Positions 1-12,362 of a DNA stretch of 64,000 nucleotides are shown here, piece by piece (within the stretch, counting starts at the first letter, position 1; every line of letters begins with the position of its first letter). The translations under genes and the position numbers were made by a program. The notes under the pieces were generated by a model. That model did not search any database. It had not been told where the DNA came from and was given only the letters and a program-made list of their open reading frames with translations. Location of the stretch: positions 124,684,001 to 124,748,000 of the forward strand of contig NC_058368.1 of the NCBI RefSeq assembly GCF_018350175.1. Reading direction: 5' to 3'. The DNA comes from Felis catus (lineage: Eukaryota).

Positions 1-1369
1 GATAAACATTGACTCCTTTAAAATAATACCTAGGAAGATACTTATTCTGACAAAAACTCCTCTTTGTTCCTAGAACTAGTTTGTCAGTGGCACATAATAC
101 AGTGACAGATAAAATGAAACTCATTATTTTATAATTACAATTTTCTTCAACTAGGAAAGATGTTGGCCCAGCTTACAATCAAAATCAAAACCACCCTTAA
201 GATGATACACCATAACTGAGGCAATTTTAAAATATCCATAATTCAAAAGCATAATTTTTTTAAAAAGTATGGTAAGCAATGGCAGTATTATAGAAATATG
301 TGACAAGCCTCCCAAGTCATTCTTTGAAAGACGGAATTGCCATTTTTGATAATAAGACCTTTTGTGAATTTTTTTAAAAAGAGAGAAACCCACCCAATCT
401 CATTCTAGTGTTACTATTCCTCTATCAATGAGAACATTTACACCATGTATCTCACCATCACTCTATGAATAAACCTCTTTAGTTTTTTTAAATAAAATTC
501 ATATAAAATTTTCCTATTAATAAATTAATATAAATTAGCAAAGAGTTCGGGAAAGAGAGAAAAGTATAAAGAAAATATAATCACCTATTATTCCACCATG
601 AGAGATTGATCATTTTAAAGGTGAGTTTTCTATATTACCTTAAAAAGAATTATGATGAAGCTGAGATGACCCAGCTGTTTGAGAAATAACATTCAGGAAA
701 ATTTGCATTTATCTTGTAAAAAATGAACACTGGGGGAGAAAATCAAGTTACAACATTGTCTCTAGAAGTCAGACCTCAACTAATCAATGCAAAGCATATA
801 AGTGCCTTAGGTGTTACAGATAATTAGCCTTTTATCTGAAGCAGTAGTGCCTTTTCCACCTCAGAGAGTTTTGTGCCACAGAATGCAGCAAACCAAGGGG
901 TGTTTGTCTTTCCAAGCAAATTGGGTTCAGTAAGACAGAATAGGAAGTACTATTAGCTTTTCCAATACAATTAGAGCCACTGAAACCTTTCATCCGCTGG
1001 CCATGGTCAAATCCAAACAATCCTGCCAACACCTGGACTCCAGAAACAAAAGGCTCTACTCTTCCCAAGGGCCCCAAAGTTTACCTATGAGGACCAAGTT
1101 AAGGAAGAAAGCATTCTTAACAAATAATTTCCACAGCCCTCAAGTCTAAATCTAAGTTTACTATTAATTATTGCAATTATAAGCCAACAAAGGTATATGG
1201 CACCTGAATTCCTCCATCTATATTACTATAAGTCCACATAAAACCAACTGAATGAGCATTTACTCTTTATCATATTTCTGTATTCCTTTGGCCATGGTGA
1301 TGCTCTTTCCCTGTGTCTCAGTCATTGGGCTGAGGGCTGACACTATGAATCTGGAACAAAGTGAGGACC

Positions 1370-1520
1370 AGTATGGGTTGGAGAGGCAGACCTCAGAGAT
1401 ACCAGCATACAGTGAAGGCTGAAGTAATAGGACTAGATCACAATCCAATGAAGAGTATGTAGAGTAAAAAAGAGGAAAAGACCAAGATGGAGATCTGAGG
1501 AACTCTTAAAGTCTGGCAGG
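1370..1520 (-). mobile_element. L2 LINE fragment (degraded)
   Basis: Purine-rich stretch (gtagagtaaaaaagaggaaaagaccaagatggagatctgaggaactc) resembling antisense L2; boundaries approximate. Confidence 0.45.
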
Positions 1521-2790
1521 ACACAGTGACTGACAAAAAGTAGGGGACAAGGAACAGGGGCATGCACAATGGTATCTGCATTTTGAATGCATACTATATT
1601 ATCATTATTTTTTATAAAAATCTCCTTTATTTTTAATATCTCAATGGCAAGAACTTTGTCTTTTTTTATCTTTGGGTCTTCTTTAGCACCCAGCAGATGC
1701 TTAACTGATACCTACTGAAGAGAGAAAAGAAGAAAACTATAAAAGTAGAGATGAAGGAAAAAATGGAATGGAGGAAGTGGAACTAGGAAGACAGGAAGGA
1801 GATAACCAGCCGGAGATAATACTTCCCCAAGGATTCCCTGCCCAGCCTGCTTGTTATAAACTTAGAACTATGGTGACCAGGTCAGGCTCTGAACCGGAAG
1901 AAACATGGCAAGAAGCTTGGATATGGAGCATTTGAACGCATTTGAATTCACTGATGAGGAAACTCAAGTCAACTCTAGGGGATCAGCCTCCAGAGCAGAG
2001 ATGAGGAGCCCTACTCCCATTCAGAGTACACAATGCTTCTAGACATACAACAACAACAAAAAAATAATGGAAACTTAGTAAAGTCAAGGCTTCTGAAGTG
2101 AAGACATCTTCCTTGATTCTTTAGGCTGCTGAACAGAAAAGCAATAAAATACACCTTAGGAATTCAGCTGGCCCGATACTAAAAAGAATGTACAAAAGAC
2201 TTGGTAGCAGCCAAATAATTACGTGTTTACAATTTTCCATTTATCCTGGTACACTGGCTTGCAGGAGATAGGACTGTGAGGTGACAAAGGGAGGGCAGAA
2301 TGGAGCTGGTTCACAAGGCATTCATATTGCCCTGATGGTGAATTCTCCACAAAGGTGGTAAATGCTAGCTCCCCAACTGGCTGTGGTCTGCATCATCTAA
2401 AAACTCTTACTTATTTTCTCCCAACCAAAGTTTATCTCCATTTGATTTTGTAGGTCCTTGAAGCTAATAAATTATAGAACTACTTTCCCAGAAAAATATT
2501 TTTTTTATGGAAAGAATCAAGTGTAATCTAGAGGAAACACTCATTGTCTGAATTCCAACAAACCTATTCCATGATATGGCTGAGTTCTCACACTCTGCCC
2601 AAAACCAAAAGAAGTACTATGAATTAGAAATAATTTAAGACCCTTGATCCAACACTCACACTGTGTTACAAATTCAATTCTCTAATTGGAAGGTGGGGTG
2701 AGGGATAGGGAAGTTCAGAAAAAAATCTTTTTATCTAGCCATACCTGGAACAGTTCTTAAGATTCTGTACTTTATCATTTTGGCTTTGTT

Positions 2791-2983
2791 TGTGTATGTT
2801 ACGTACACCAAAAACTGTCAAAGTACAAAACTCATTTCTAGAGCAACATAAAGTCAGCCCATACAAAACAATCAATTAAAATAGTGTGTATGTTACGTAC
2901 ACCAAAAACTGTCAAAGTACAAAACTCATTTCTAGAGCAACCTAAAGTCAGCCCATACAAAACAATTAATTAAAATAGTGTGT
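2791..2983. repeat. Tandem duplication, 2 x 94 bp
   Basis: Units 2791-2884 and 2885-2978 differ at 2 positions; TGTGT recurs at 2979-2983. Confidence 0.95.
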
Positions 2984-3201
2984 TGCTTTTCTGCAGTTCC
3001 TTCTGAACACAACATTAATTTTCTGGGTACTTATTTTCATAAATGGCATAGCATAGCCTATTCTTTTTTATGGAGTCCTCATTACCTGTCCAATTTTCCC
3101 CCCACTTACCTTCCTGGCCCTCCCCTCCAAAAAACGCATTAAAAACCAACCCATTTCTTTACAGCATTCATACATACACACACACAAGCACAGATACCCA
3201 C

Positions 3202-3778
3202 TGTGCTGACTACACTTTCTTATGTTCCATATTCTTGAAACTCCAGCATTTGGAGTGTTGATCCTAGAAAGACTGCCCCTCCCAGGGCTAACTAATTTCT
3301 AGAGATAACAAATTACTTCCCTGGGAGTAAGCCTTTAATAAATAAGCCAACCAATCCAGGGTCCTTTATCAAATTCTTCTTTATCAAATTCTCAAACACC
3401 AAGCCAATATTCCCCTTGCCTTAAATCACCTCAGGCTCAGATACCAAACAACTAGGGACCATCCCTATATTCCTGAGCCCACCCAAATTATACAAAGTAT
3501 TTAATCCTAAACTTACTCAGTGTATCTTCCCTGCCTCACCCATTTCTTCCCACAAAAATCCCAGTAGAGGCTATGGTAAGCCATGCTCTGCCCTCCCCTC
3601 TTCAGCCTCCTGATTCATCCTGTTATTTCCCTGTATGGCTCTGCACATCCTGGTATTCTATGCCATGTGTTTCCAGGTATCTGTAAGTGTAAAATTCTTC
3701 CTCTGTGACAATTCATTTCTGTGTTTGTGTGTCTTACCATACCTGATAAGAACAAATCTTGGGTACATTTTTAACACA
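3202..3778 (+). mobile_element. ERVL solo LTR, MER74-like
   Basis: TG...CA ends; motifs gactgcccctcccagggcta, ccaaccaatccag and acaactagggac match the recalled MER74 consensus. Confidence 0.75.
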
Positions 3779-4149
3779 TCCATATTCTGAAAAAAAAAAC
3801 AATAACCTAAGTGCTTTAGAAATCATTCACTGTTACTAGGCCACATAAAAATAGAGGCACATGGATGAAAAATTCTAGTTCAGTGCTCTAATTCCTAAGG
3901 AAGAAAGCAACCTCTAAGTACTATCTCCAAATCTCATTCTATCTAACTGAGAAAGAGGGTCCTTACTTTAAACACCAGGCCTGTGAACACAATTGTGTTT
4001 TTATGAATCTGTTTATATAATATGTATATACATATGTGCTGTGAGCTTCTTAAGGCCAAGCATGATAACTCACACTTTTTTGCTGCTCCAAGCAAAGGGA
4101 AGGATCACATTACATAAATAATATTTTTTAGTGATTAATACATGCCCAC

Positions 4150-4340
4150 TGAAGTTAGAGTTTGGACAAAATTGTGGATTTGCCTCTTACTACCTTAAGC
4201 AAGAAGTTACTCATGGCTCAATTTCCTCAACTATAAAATGAATATAATGATATGGCATACCCCAAACAATTAAATGAGTATTAAATTTAATAACTTTGGC
4301 AAAGCTCCTAGAATATAGAAAATCTTCAATAAATATTTTC
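4150..4340 (+). mobile_element. MIR SINE (degraded)
   Basis: Core-like ctcaatttcctcaactataaaatgaatataat. Confidence 0.6.
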
Positions 4341-4479
4341 TAATACAATTATTGTGGTGAGTGCTTCAGAGTCACAGTTAGGTGAAACAGCATTTAAAAC
4401 AAAGTCTTTTCTTGCTATGGCAAAATTGCTTACATCTACCCATCAGTTTAATTAGGAAAAATAAAACAGAAAGGGAAAC

Positions 4480-4662
4480 TGTATTAAGCACATTCTGTAA
4501 GCCATCCATGGAGCTAGACCCTTTGCTTTATGTATTTAATCTAATTCACACAAACACAATGAAGTGACATCATAATTGCTTCACAAATGAGGTGACTAAA
4601 GCTCAGAGAGACCAATCTCTTTAAGATAACCCATCTTTTAAGTAGCAGAGTCAGGATTTGAA
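4480..4662 (-). mobile_element. MIR SINE (degraded)
   Basis: Antisense core tcacaaatgaggtgactaaagctcagagag...agtagcagagtcaggatttgaa. Confidence 0.6.
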
Positions 4663-4674
4663 TAAAAACCTTTA

Positions 4675-4892
4675 GGGGCACCTGGGTGGCTCAGTCGGTT
4701 GAGCGTCCGACTTTGGCTCAAGTCATGATCTCACAGTTCGTGAGTTCGAGCCCTGCATCAGGCTCTGGGCTGACAGCTTGGGGCCTGGAGCCTTCTTCAG
4801 ATTCTGTGTCTCCCTCTCTCTCTGCCCCTCCCCTGCTCACACTCTGTCTTTCTCTCAAAAATAAATAAAGATTAAAAAAAAAATTTTTTTTT
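4675..4892 (+). mobile_element. Can-SINE (felid SINEC)
   Basis: ggggcacctgggtggctcagtcggttgag head (A box), gagttcgagccc B box, CT-rich tract, A/T tail. Confidence 0.97.
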
Positions 4893-5078
4893 AAACTATC
4901 TAATTCCTCAAGCCCACTGGTCTTTGTTGTCTCCCAAGTACAAATGTACTCCAATATCCTGGGAAAGTTCAATTATTATGGGAATTCCTGGGAACTGGCA
5001 GAGAGCAGAAATGATACAGTGATGTGCTCCTTAGCAGAGAAAATGTCCAAAGTTGCCCCTGTAAACAAAAAACGTGGA

Positions 5079-5248
5079 GGGCACCTGAGTGTTGCAGTCA
5101 GTTAACTGTCTGACTCTTGATGTTGGCTCAGGTCATAATCTCACAGTCCATGAGTTTGAGCTCCATATCAGGTTCTGTGCTGACAGTGCAGAGCCTGCTT
5201 GGGATTCTGTCTCTCCTTCTCTCTGCCCCTCCCGTGCTTATGCTCGTG

Positions 5249-5280
<32 letters not shown>

Positions 5281-5300
5281 GTAAATAAATAAACTTAAAA
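5079..5300 (+). mobile_element. Can-SINE
   Basis: SINEC head, (CT)n tract and tail; degenerate TSD aacgtggag/aacatggag. Confidence 0.93.
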
Positions 5301-5329
5301 ACAACATGGAGTACAGATAAAAGGACTGA

Positions 5330-6660
5330 GGAAAGTGCTTGTATGAAACATGAAATATAAAAAGGAAATATGAACAGACAGAAGTAGATGAAACAAGAAC
5401 TGCAAGAATTTAGAAAAGAAGTGGGGGGAAAAAGTACGGCACCACAAAAATGAAGTTTACATTCAATGAGCAGTAAGGAGAGTAAACCCTGACACAAATA
5501 TAGTAAAAGACATGGAGGATGTAGTTTAAAAAGTGAGTAAAATAAGATGGAAGTACAAAAAAAAAAAACAAAAAACCTGTTAAAAAAATCAGAGAAAAAG
5601 ATGACAAATACAGAAAAAACTAAGTAAGACAACATGAGTCAAAGTGACATTTCTGAAGAAAACCCAAATAAAGAAACAGTAAAATATTTCAAGATATAAT
5701 TCAAAATGACTTCTGCTTGCTATCTCAGGTAGCAGCTCTCCAGGACAAGTTAGTTCTTGCAGGGGCATTCTGACATTCTCTACAGAGTTACATACATCAA
5801 ATCAGGCTCTTCAACTCCAGCTCTATCAGCCAATCCCAGGAGTGCAATGTTTTGAATAATAAAATTGAGTTCTCAGGTATAAAAGCTATACTTTTTTTCC
5901 AAAAAGAAAGAAAGACTGATCTACAAATTAAAATTAAAAGATACATCTCATCCCTAGGAAAACAAAATCACAGAATAATTGTCCAACTTCAAAGATAAAA
6001 AAGAATCCTTTTAGGGGCTCCTGGGTGGCTCAGCTGGTTAAGTGTCCAGCTCTTGATTTTGGCTCAGGTCATGATCTCACGGTTCATGAGTTTGAGATCG
6101 GGCTCCAAAATGGCAGTACAGAGCCTGCTTGGGATTCTGTCTCCCTCTCCCTCTCTCTCTCCCTCTCTCTCTCTGCCTTTCCCCTGATTGCTCTCTATCA
6201 CTCTCTCTCTCTCTCTCAAAATAAATAAATAAACATTAAAAAAAAAAAAAGAATCCTTTTAGTATACTGAAAAAAAATATCAGGTCACTTACAGAGGGTG
6301 AAAAAAGTCATGCAGTAAAGCATGCTAACAAAGTCCACAAAAAATGAAAACTGTAACCCAAGAATTTTATTATCTACCAACAGAAGTTTAAAAACAATAG
6401 GTACATAATTCTGAAAATGCAAGAGTTCAGTGACTATAGTTTTTCACTTGTGGAAGCTACTAAAATTATTACCTAAACAAAACAACTGAAAGGCCTCCTT
6501 AAAATAATCGCTGGTTATTTTGTGTATTTCATCCACTCAATCAAAGGAGAGTAACTAGAACAACTATAGGTATTTATTTATACAACAGAAGGTAAATGTT
6601 ATAAATCCTGGGGATGTATATATAATTAATAACATTTTTAAAGTGAAAGAGAGGGAAGCT
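5330..6660 (+). mobile_element. HAL1/L1 ORF1-like relic, interrupted by ~5714-5890 and a SINE
   Basis: aatatttcaagatataattcaa, cttcaaagataaaaaagaatcctt and gtaacccaagaatttta resemble the HAL1 ORF1-like consensus. Confidence 0.6.
6014..6248 (+). mobile_element. Can-SINE
   Basis: Full SINEC structure; perfect TSD aagaatcctttta (6001-6013 / 6249-6261). Confidence 0.97.
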
Positions 6661-6773
6661 GTGTGGTGACTTAAGTACAACTGAGTTTGACTACTGTACA
6701 GTTAGAATTAAAGACTCCAATCCTGAGTCTAAAGGGTGGACCCTGGAAGCCAGGACACAAGAGGAGAGTTGTA

Positions 6774-7004
6774 GGGGCGCCTGGGTGGCTCAGTCATTTG
6801 AGCGACCGACTTCAGCTCAGGTCATAATCTCACGGTTTGTGAGTTTGAGCCCCACATCAGGCTCTCTGCTGACAGCTCAGAGCCTGGAGCCTACGTCAGA
6901 TTCTGTCTCCCTCTCTCTCTCCCCTTCGCCTGCTCATGCTCTGTTTCTGTCTGTCTCAGAAATAAATAAACATTAAAAAAATAAAAATAAAAAAAAAAAA
7001 AAAA
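6774..7004 (+). mobile_element. Can-SINE
   Basis: Full SINEC; perfect 17-bp TSD acaagaggagagttgta (6757-6773 / 7005-7021). Confidence 0.97.
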
Positions 7005-7144
7005 ACAAGAGGAGAGTTGTAAATAGCCCTTTCCCCGGCAGACCCCAGCCATGACAAGAAAACTGTGGTTAGAGGGCCTCAGTGAAGGAACTCTAAGGAA
7101 CCTTCAACAGTATCCCAGGAGAGTGTCAGTATTTGGATATCTGC

Positions 7145-7560
7145 TGTCTTAGGTTGGGTTACTAAAGAGGCAAACTCTGAAATGAGGGTTAATGTGTAAT
7201 AAGTGACTTATTAAGGAAGTATGTTCAGAGAATCTGGTAAGAAGGTGGGAGACAGGACAAGGAAGGAGAAGAAGCCAAGGAAAGATGAGATTTCCAGCAT
7301 AGTTCCAGCCTCAGGCTGATCTCAAAGGGAGCTCTGGGGCATAAATTACACCTCAAGAGTTCGTCCCTTTTTGTGGCAAAGGCATAAGGCTTTCATCTTC
7401 CTGTTCCAGTTAGTCATTGCTTCGAATGAAGGAATGAAGGAAGACATAAACTCCCAGACTACCAGGCACACTTAGATCTCTACACTTATAAGCGAAGAGG
7501 CTGCAGTAGCCCAAGGGAGTTCCTCTAAAGAAAGTGGCAGGTGCAAGTTCCCGCAGCCCA
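7145..7560 (-). mobile_element. ERVL solo LTR, LTR16-like
   Basis: tgtcttaggttgggtt end and cagcctcaggctgatctcaaagggagctctggggcataaattacacc motif; possibly inside an older LTR relic spanning ~6700-7915. Confidence 0.7.
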
Positions 7561-8084
7561 CCAAACGTGGAAGAGCCAGAGAAAACAAAGTGAGTGGAGA
7601 GGAGCAGCAAACGAACAAGGATGGGAAACATCAGAAGGCAGGCTAAGCCCCAAAGCACATCTGAGCCAGAGTCAGGTCCCAGGTAGCTAAGTAAGGGGAG
7701 ATATTTCCACTGGGAAGAGAGATTGATATTTTGATTCTATATTAATTCACACTCTTTAAATGAAAATGAGACTCTCCATAAATAACTGAAAGTGACTAGA
7801 AAAACTAAGGGAAGTACCAGAGAATTCATCCATGGGTGGGCAAGGAAACAACAGAGGTAAATTTTAAGTAAATTTGGTCATGAGCAGAAATAAAGTTACT
7901 TGTTTATAAACTCCAACTCATTTAACAAACTGCTTACAAATATGTGCTACATACCCCATTAATTTGATTATATTCACATAGGTTAGATCTGGATGGGGGG
8001 CAGGGGAGGCAACAAACTGGTAACAGCAGTTGCCCCTGGGGAAGGGGACCAGGTGACTTTGAAGCAGTCAAAAATTTATTTAAA

Positions 8085-8268
8085 GGGCGCCCGAGTGGCT
8101 TAGTCGCTTGAGCATCCAACTTCAGCTCAAGTTATGACCTCATGGTTCATGAGTTTGAACCCCACATCGGGCTCTCTGTTGTCAGCACAGAGCCTGCTTC
8201 AGATCCTCTGTCTCCCTCTACCCCTTCCCTGCTCACACTTGCTCTTTCTCTCAAAAATAAAAACTTTT
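8085..8268 (+). mobile_element. Can-SINE
   Basis: SINEC body; TSD aaaaatttatttaaa (8070-8084 / 8269-8283). Confidence 0.95.
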
Positions 8269-8298
8269 AAAAATTTATTTAAAAAATAAAATCATTTA

Positions 8299-8513
8299 GG
8301 GGCAACTGGGTGGCTCAGTCGACTAAGCATCAGACTTCAGCTTGGTTCATGATCTCATCGTTTGTGGGTCTGAACCCCACTTTGGGCTCTATGCTGACAG
8401 CTCAGAGTCTGGAGCCTGCTTCAGATTTTGTGTCTCCCTCCCTCTCTGTCCCTTCTCCACTCACTCTCTTTCTGTCTCTCTCTCAAAAATAAAACATTAA
8501 AAAATTAACAATT
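8299..8513 (+). mobile_element. Can-SINE
   Basis: SINEC body; TSD aaatcattta (8289-8298 / 8514-8523). Confidence 0.95.
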
Positions 8514-9112
8514 AAATCATTTAAAGTTAAAATCCTTTAACTAATAAGAAAAATAAAGCAAACAAAATCAAACAGGAAAGTAAGCTGAAGTCAGGTATGA
8601 GTTAGTTTGTAAAGTGTATCGCACAGTATCATCAACTTTCTATGAAGGCAAATTTGGCTCTAAGTTCTTGGCTACCAGTATGAAGAAAGGAACACCACAG
8701 TTCCCAGTATCCATCAGGGGAAAACAAACCATTTATTTAGGAAAAGCAATGCTATTCCTACAACTAAGATTAGAACTAAATTTCTCCTATGGGTCCTCTC
8801 TTTTGGATCCTAAAAAGGAGTCAACATTTTCACTAACCTCATTATTATAAACAGGGGGAAACTTCATAGAGTTGCCAATCTTATGGTATTAGTTATTATT
8901 AGTAATAAGAACTAAAGGTGATATGAACCAGGGATCATTACTGGCTTCATAGGTGAAGTAATGAAATCATAGCAATTATCTGGCTTTAGTAGGAGCAACA
9001 GGAAGAAAACTAAGGAGTCTACAGCACTGAATCATTAGGCCATTGCTTGAAATTCACTTACTCTTTTGACTTGGATGCAGCCAACCGTGTGCCAAAGATT
9101 GAATTTCACAAT

Positions 9113-9328
9113 GGGGCACCTGGGTGGTTCAGTCGATTGAGTGTCCAACTTTTGGCTCAGGTCACGATCTTGCAGTTTATGAGTTCAAGGGCCGTACTGG
9201 GCTCTGTGCTGACACTTCAGAGCCTGGAGCCTGCTTCCGATTCTGCATCTCCCTCTCTCTCTTCCCCTCCCCCACTCATGCTCTGTCTGTCTCTCTGTTT
9301 CTCAATAAATAAATAAACACTTAAAAAA
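9113..9328 (+). mobile_element. Can-SINE
   Basis: SINEC head, CT tract, tail; degenerate TSD aatttcacaa/aatttcatga. Confidence 0.95.
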
Positions 9329-9449
9329 GTAATTTCATGAGTATTTGTCTTCAGATAATATTTGAACTTTGAAGTCCTATGCACTACATAACAAATGAAT
9401 AGTACAGTTGCACAAAATATTCACCTAAGTACCCTCACTGCAACCCAAA

Positions 9450-9861
9450 GCAAATGTGAATCACCTACCACTACACCTCTATTAGAATGGATAAAATTAC
9501 AAAGACTGGACCATACCAAGTACTGGGAAGGGTGTGGAGGAATTGGAACTCTCATACATTCCTGGTAAGACTATAAAATGATGCAATCACTTTAGAAAAC
9601 AATTTGACAGTTTCATTAAAAATTATACATATACCTACCATATGATCTATCCATTCTACTCCTAAGTATTCACTCAACAGCAAAGGGAAACTATATCCAT
9701 AAAGACTGATACACAAACAGTAGCAGTTTTATTTGTAATAGCTAAAAACTGGGAGCAACCCAGACATCAAATCAACAATTGAATGGATAAACCAATTGCA
9801 GTAGAGTCATACCATGGAGTACTCCTCAACACTAAATAGAAAGGAACTATCAATACATGAA
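9450..9861 (+). mobile_element. Old L1 (L1M-type) ORF2 C-terminal/3' fragment
   Basis: ccactacacctctattagaatgg, ggaactctcatacatt and ccatatgatctatccattctactccta motifs. Confidence 0.85.
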
Positions 9862-9880
9862 GTATCAGTGGTTAGTGGTT

Positions 9881-10060
9881 ATTATAGACCAGGCACTTTA
9901 CATTGTTTCATTTTAGCTTCATGCGGACCCTATAAGCTAAGTACTACTCTCTTTTTAGAGTTGAGAAAACTAAAGCTAAGGGAAGTGAACAACTTGTCTG
10001 GGCTCATACAGGTGGGCACAGACCAAGCAAGCCAGTCTGACTTGGCCAGAGACTGTTCAC
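9881..10060 (-). mobile_element. MIR SINE
   Basis: Antisense core gagttgagaaaactaaagctaagggaagtgaacaacttgtc. Confidence 0.65.
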
Positions 10061-12104
10061 ACACACTTTACTCAGAAGAGTGCTTTGGGTTCCTTCGACC
10101 CACCAACCTCTTCAAGGTAAAGCTGTACCATCCAGGAGATGACTTCCAAAAATTAGAAGGGGTTCAGAGTTTGTGGGGAGAGGGTAACTGTGAAGGAGGA
10201 AGAAACTTTTTCTTTTTACAGATAATGTCCCCAGAGGACTCACCCTTTCCTATCACTCAGCTCCAAATCCTCAAATCTTAATATTGATGTGTCAGATCTG
10301 GGGACCCATTGGAGTGCTCCCCAGAGAGTCTGCCCTCTGTGTCAAGTCACAGGTCCATACAAGCAGCAGCTCCACCTGGGTACCTATTACTGAAGCAAGC
10401 TGCAATTTGATATTCTCTTACTGTTTACTTGTGCCTTAATTACAGGGTGGGGGGAAAGAGCATCTAAAGTTTGCCAAAAACTTCGGTGATTTTTTTTAAA
10501 GTTCCTTACTTTCTTTCCAGTTGTTCAACTCTGTTGGGAAAGGCAAAAGGAATGCTTTCAGAACTGAGCTTGCTGCTAAGTTGCCAGGGTTTAGAGATCT
10601 CTGCAAAGGTCATTGTTTTCTGTAAAGGTCATTGTCTTTTCATGAAAACCCCGGTAAAGCATGCCAATGCAGGAAAACCACCAGCTTGCCAAATGTCCAG
10701 TGTCCCAGTCACCTGCTCTTCCTGCCCTAGGAAGGATGTGGATGATCTCTGGAGTAAAGACATCGGATTGGTTTTGTTCCTTTCTTGCTCTTAAATCAGC
10801 TGCAAAATGCATGAACAAAGCACACACAGTATGATTCTCAAAGCCCCTGTACAGCCTCCTCGTTAAACACCAGCAGCTGCTGGGTGTTGCACAGACCAAG
10901 ATAAGCAATATGACATTTGTGGCCATTTACACTGCATCCTGAGTGTACATCACTGTGCTCTCAACTGAATATCTGGAGTTTCAAGCTTTAAAGAATACCC
11001 CACCAGTGAAAACACAGAGCAAGGCTGAGCTCTGGGCCAGGGGTCCCGGGTGGGGTGGGGGGTGTACAGCAGGAGTGGCAGACAGAATCAAGAAACCTAA
11101 TCACGAGTTACTTGCTCTTTAGAAAAGCAGTTCTGTTAACAAGAGAATTAGGGCAGGATGATTTTGGCAAGCCTCGTGTTATGTTAGCTGCACAAACTTT
11201 TCCTTTCCTCTTATGCAGCCTCTTAATAATTGGGTGGGAGCTTCTTTTCACATTTGACAAAGAGGCAATTCCTGTCAGATGTTTTTCAGAGGGGTTCCAC
11301 CCTAGGTTTGCCAAGCACACACAATTCCAGATGCAACCCTGAGTCTATTTAGTTTGAGAAGATTAAAGTTTGTAGCCTCCTTGCCATTGGCAGGGTTTTC
11401 ACTCTCCTCCTTTCCTCACAGTTTTCTCATGTTACTTTAAGGAAATCTTACCCTTATCTTACACCATGTCTTCACAAAAAATATAAGGCAGTGGAGAAAA
11501 GACTCAGAGGGTTACCAGAGGCAGCTGGCATCTAGGTGGAAGCTGCCAAACCACACGAGTGTTTCCTAATTGGAAACATGTCCCTTCCCCACTGGGTGCC
11601 TCTAATTTACCTCTCTATAGGCAGATATTAATTTTCATAACCATGGTGGGGCTTGATGGAGGAAATTACTTCAACTACTTCCCTTCCATCTTCCTGCCTA
11701 TTTCCACAGCCTCTATGTCTCCTTCCCTTCCTCCCACAGCTCTGCCTCAGCCACCCATCAGCAACAAATACAAATATAGCTCTCAATGGTGTTCCTGCAT
11801 CTAAAAGACAGGTCTCCATAAACAGTCTGCACGAACCACACTCCAATCCCTGCAGCTAGGCCACTGCCCTGAGAGTGTTCTCATCATCACCTGAGGCTAG
11901 GACCAAGGTGGGGGTACCTTAAATATTACAAGGATGTACAGACGCTCCCACACTGATCATGCAAAAAGAAAAAAAAAAGGTAAAGAAAAAAAATCCCCTG
12001 CAAAGAAATTATCTCTAGAGAAAGTTTGTTAAAAAGATGACTAAATATATAAATCTTCCACTTAAGGCAGACTACTTAAATATATGTGTACATATCCTTT
12101 CCTT

Positions 12105-12240
12105 CAACCCATTAATTCATTCATTTAATTTTATATCCATTTAGAGCATACTATATGCCAAGCACTATTCCAGGCACTGGAGATTTAGCAGGAAAGAAAC
12201 TAAATTCCCTGCCCTGTGGAGCAGACATTGTGGTAGAGTG

Positions 12241-12274
<34 letters not shown>

Positions 12275-12317
12275 AACTAAATTCCCTGCCCTGTGGAGCA
12301 GACATTGTGATAAAGTG

Positions 12318-12362
<45 letters not shown>

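Noticed and set aside
4675..4760. tRNA-like A/B boxes
   Set aside because: These are the tRNA-derived heads of SINEs, followed by CT tracts and A tails, not tRNA genes
4874..4892. Self-complementary A-run/T-run tail
   Set aside because: Recurs in several SINE tails here (19220, 51830, 53365), so it is a family trait rather than a terminator
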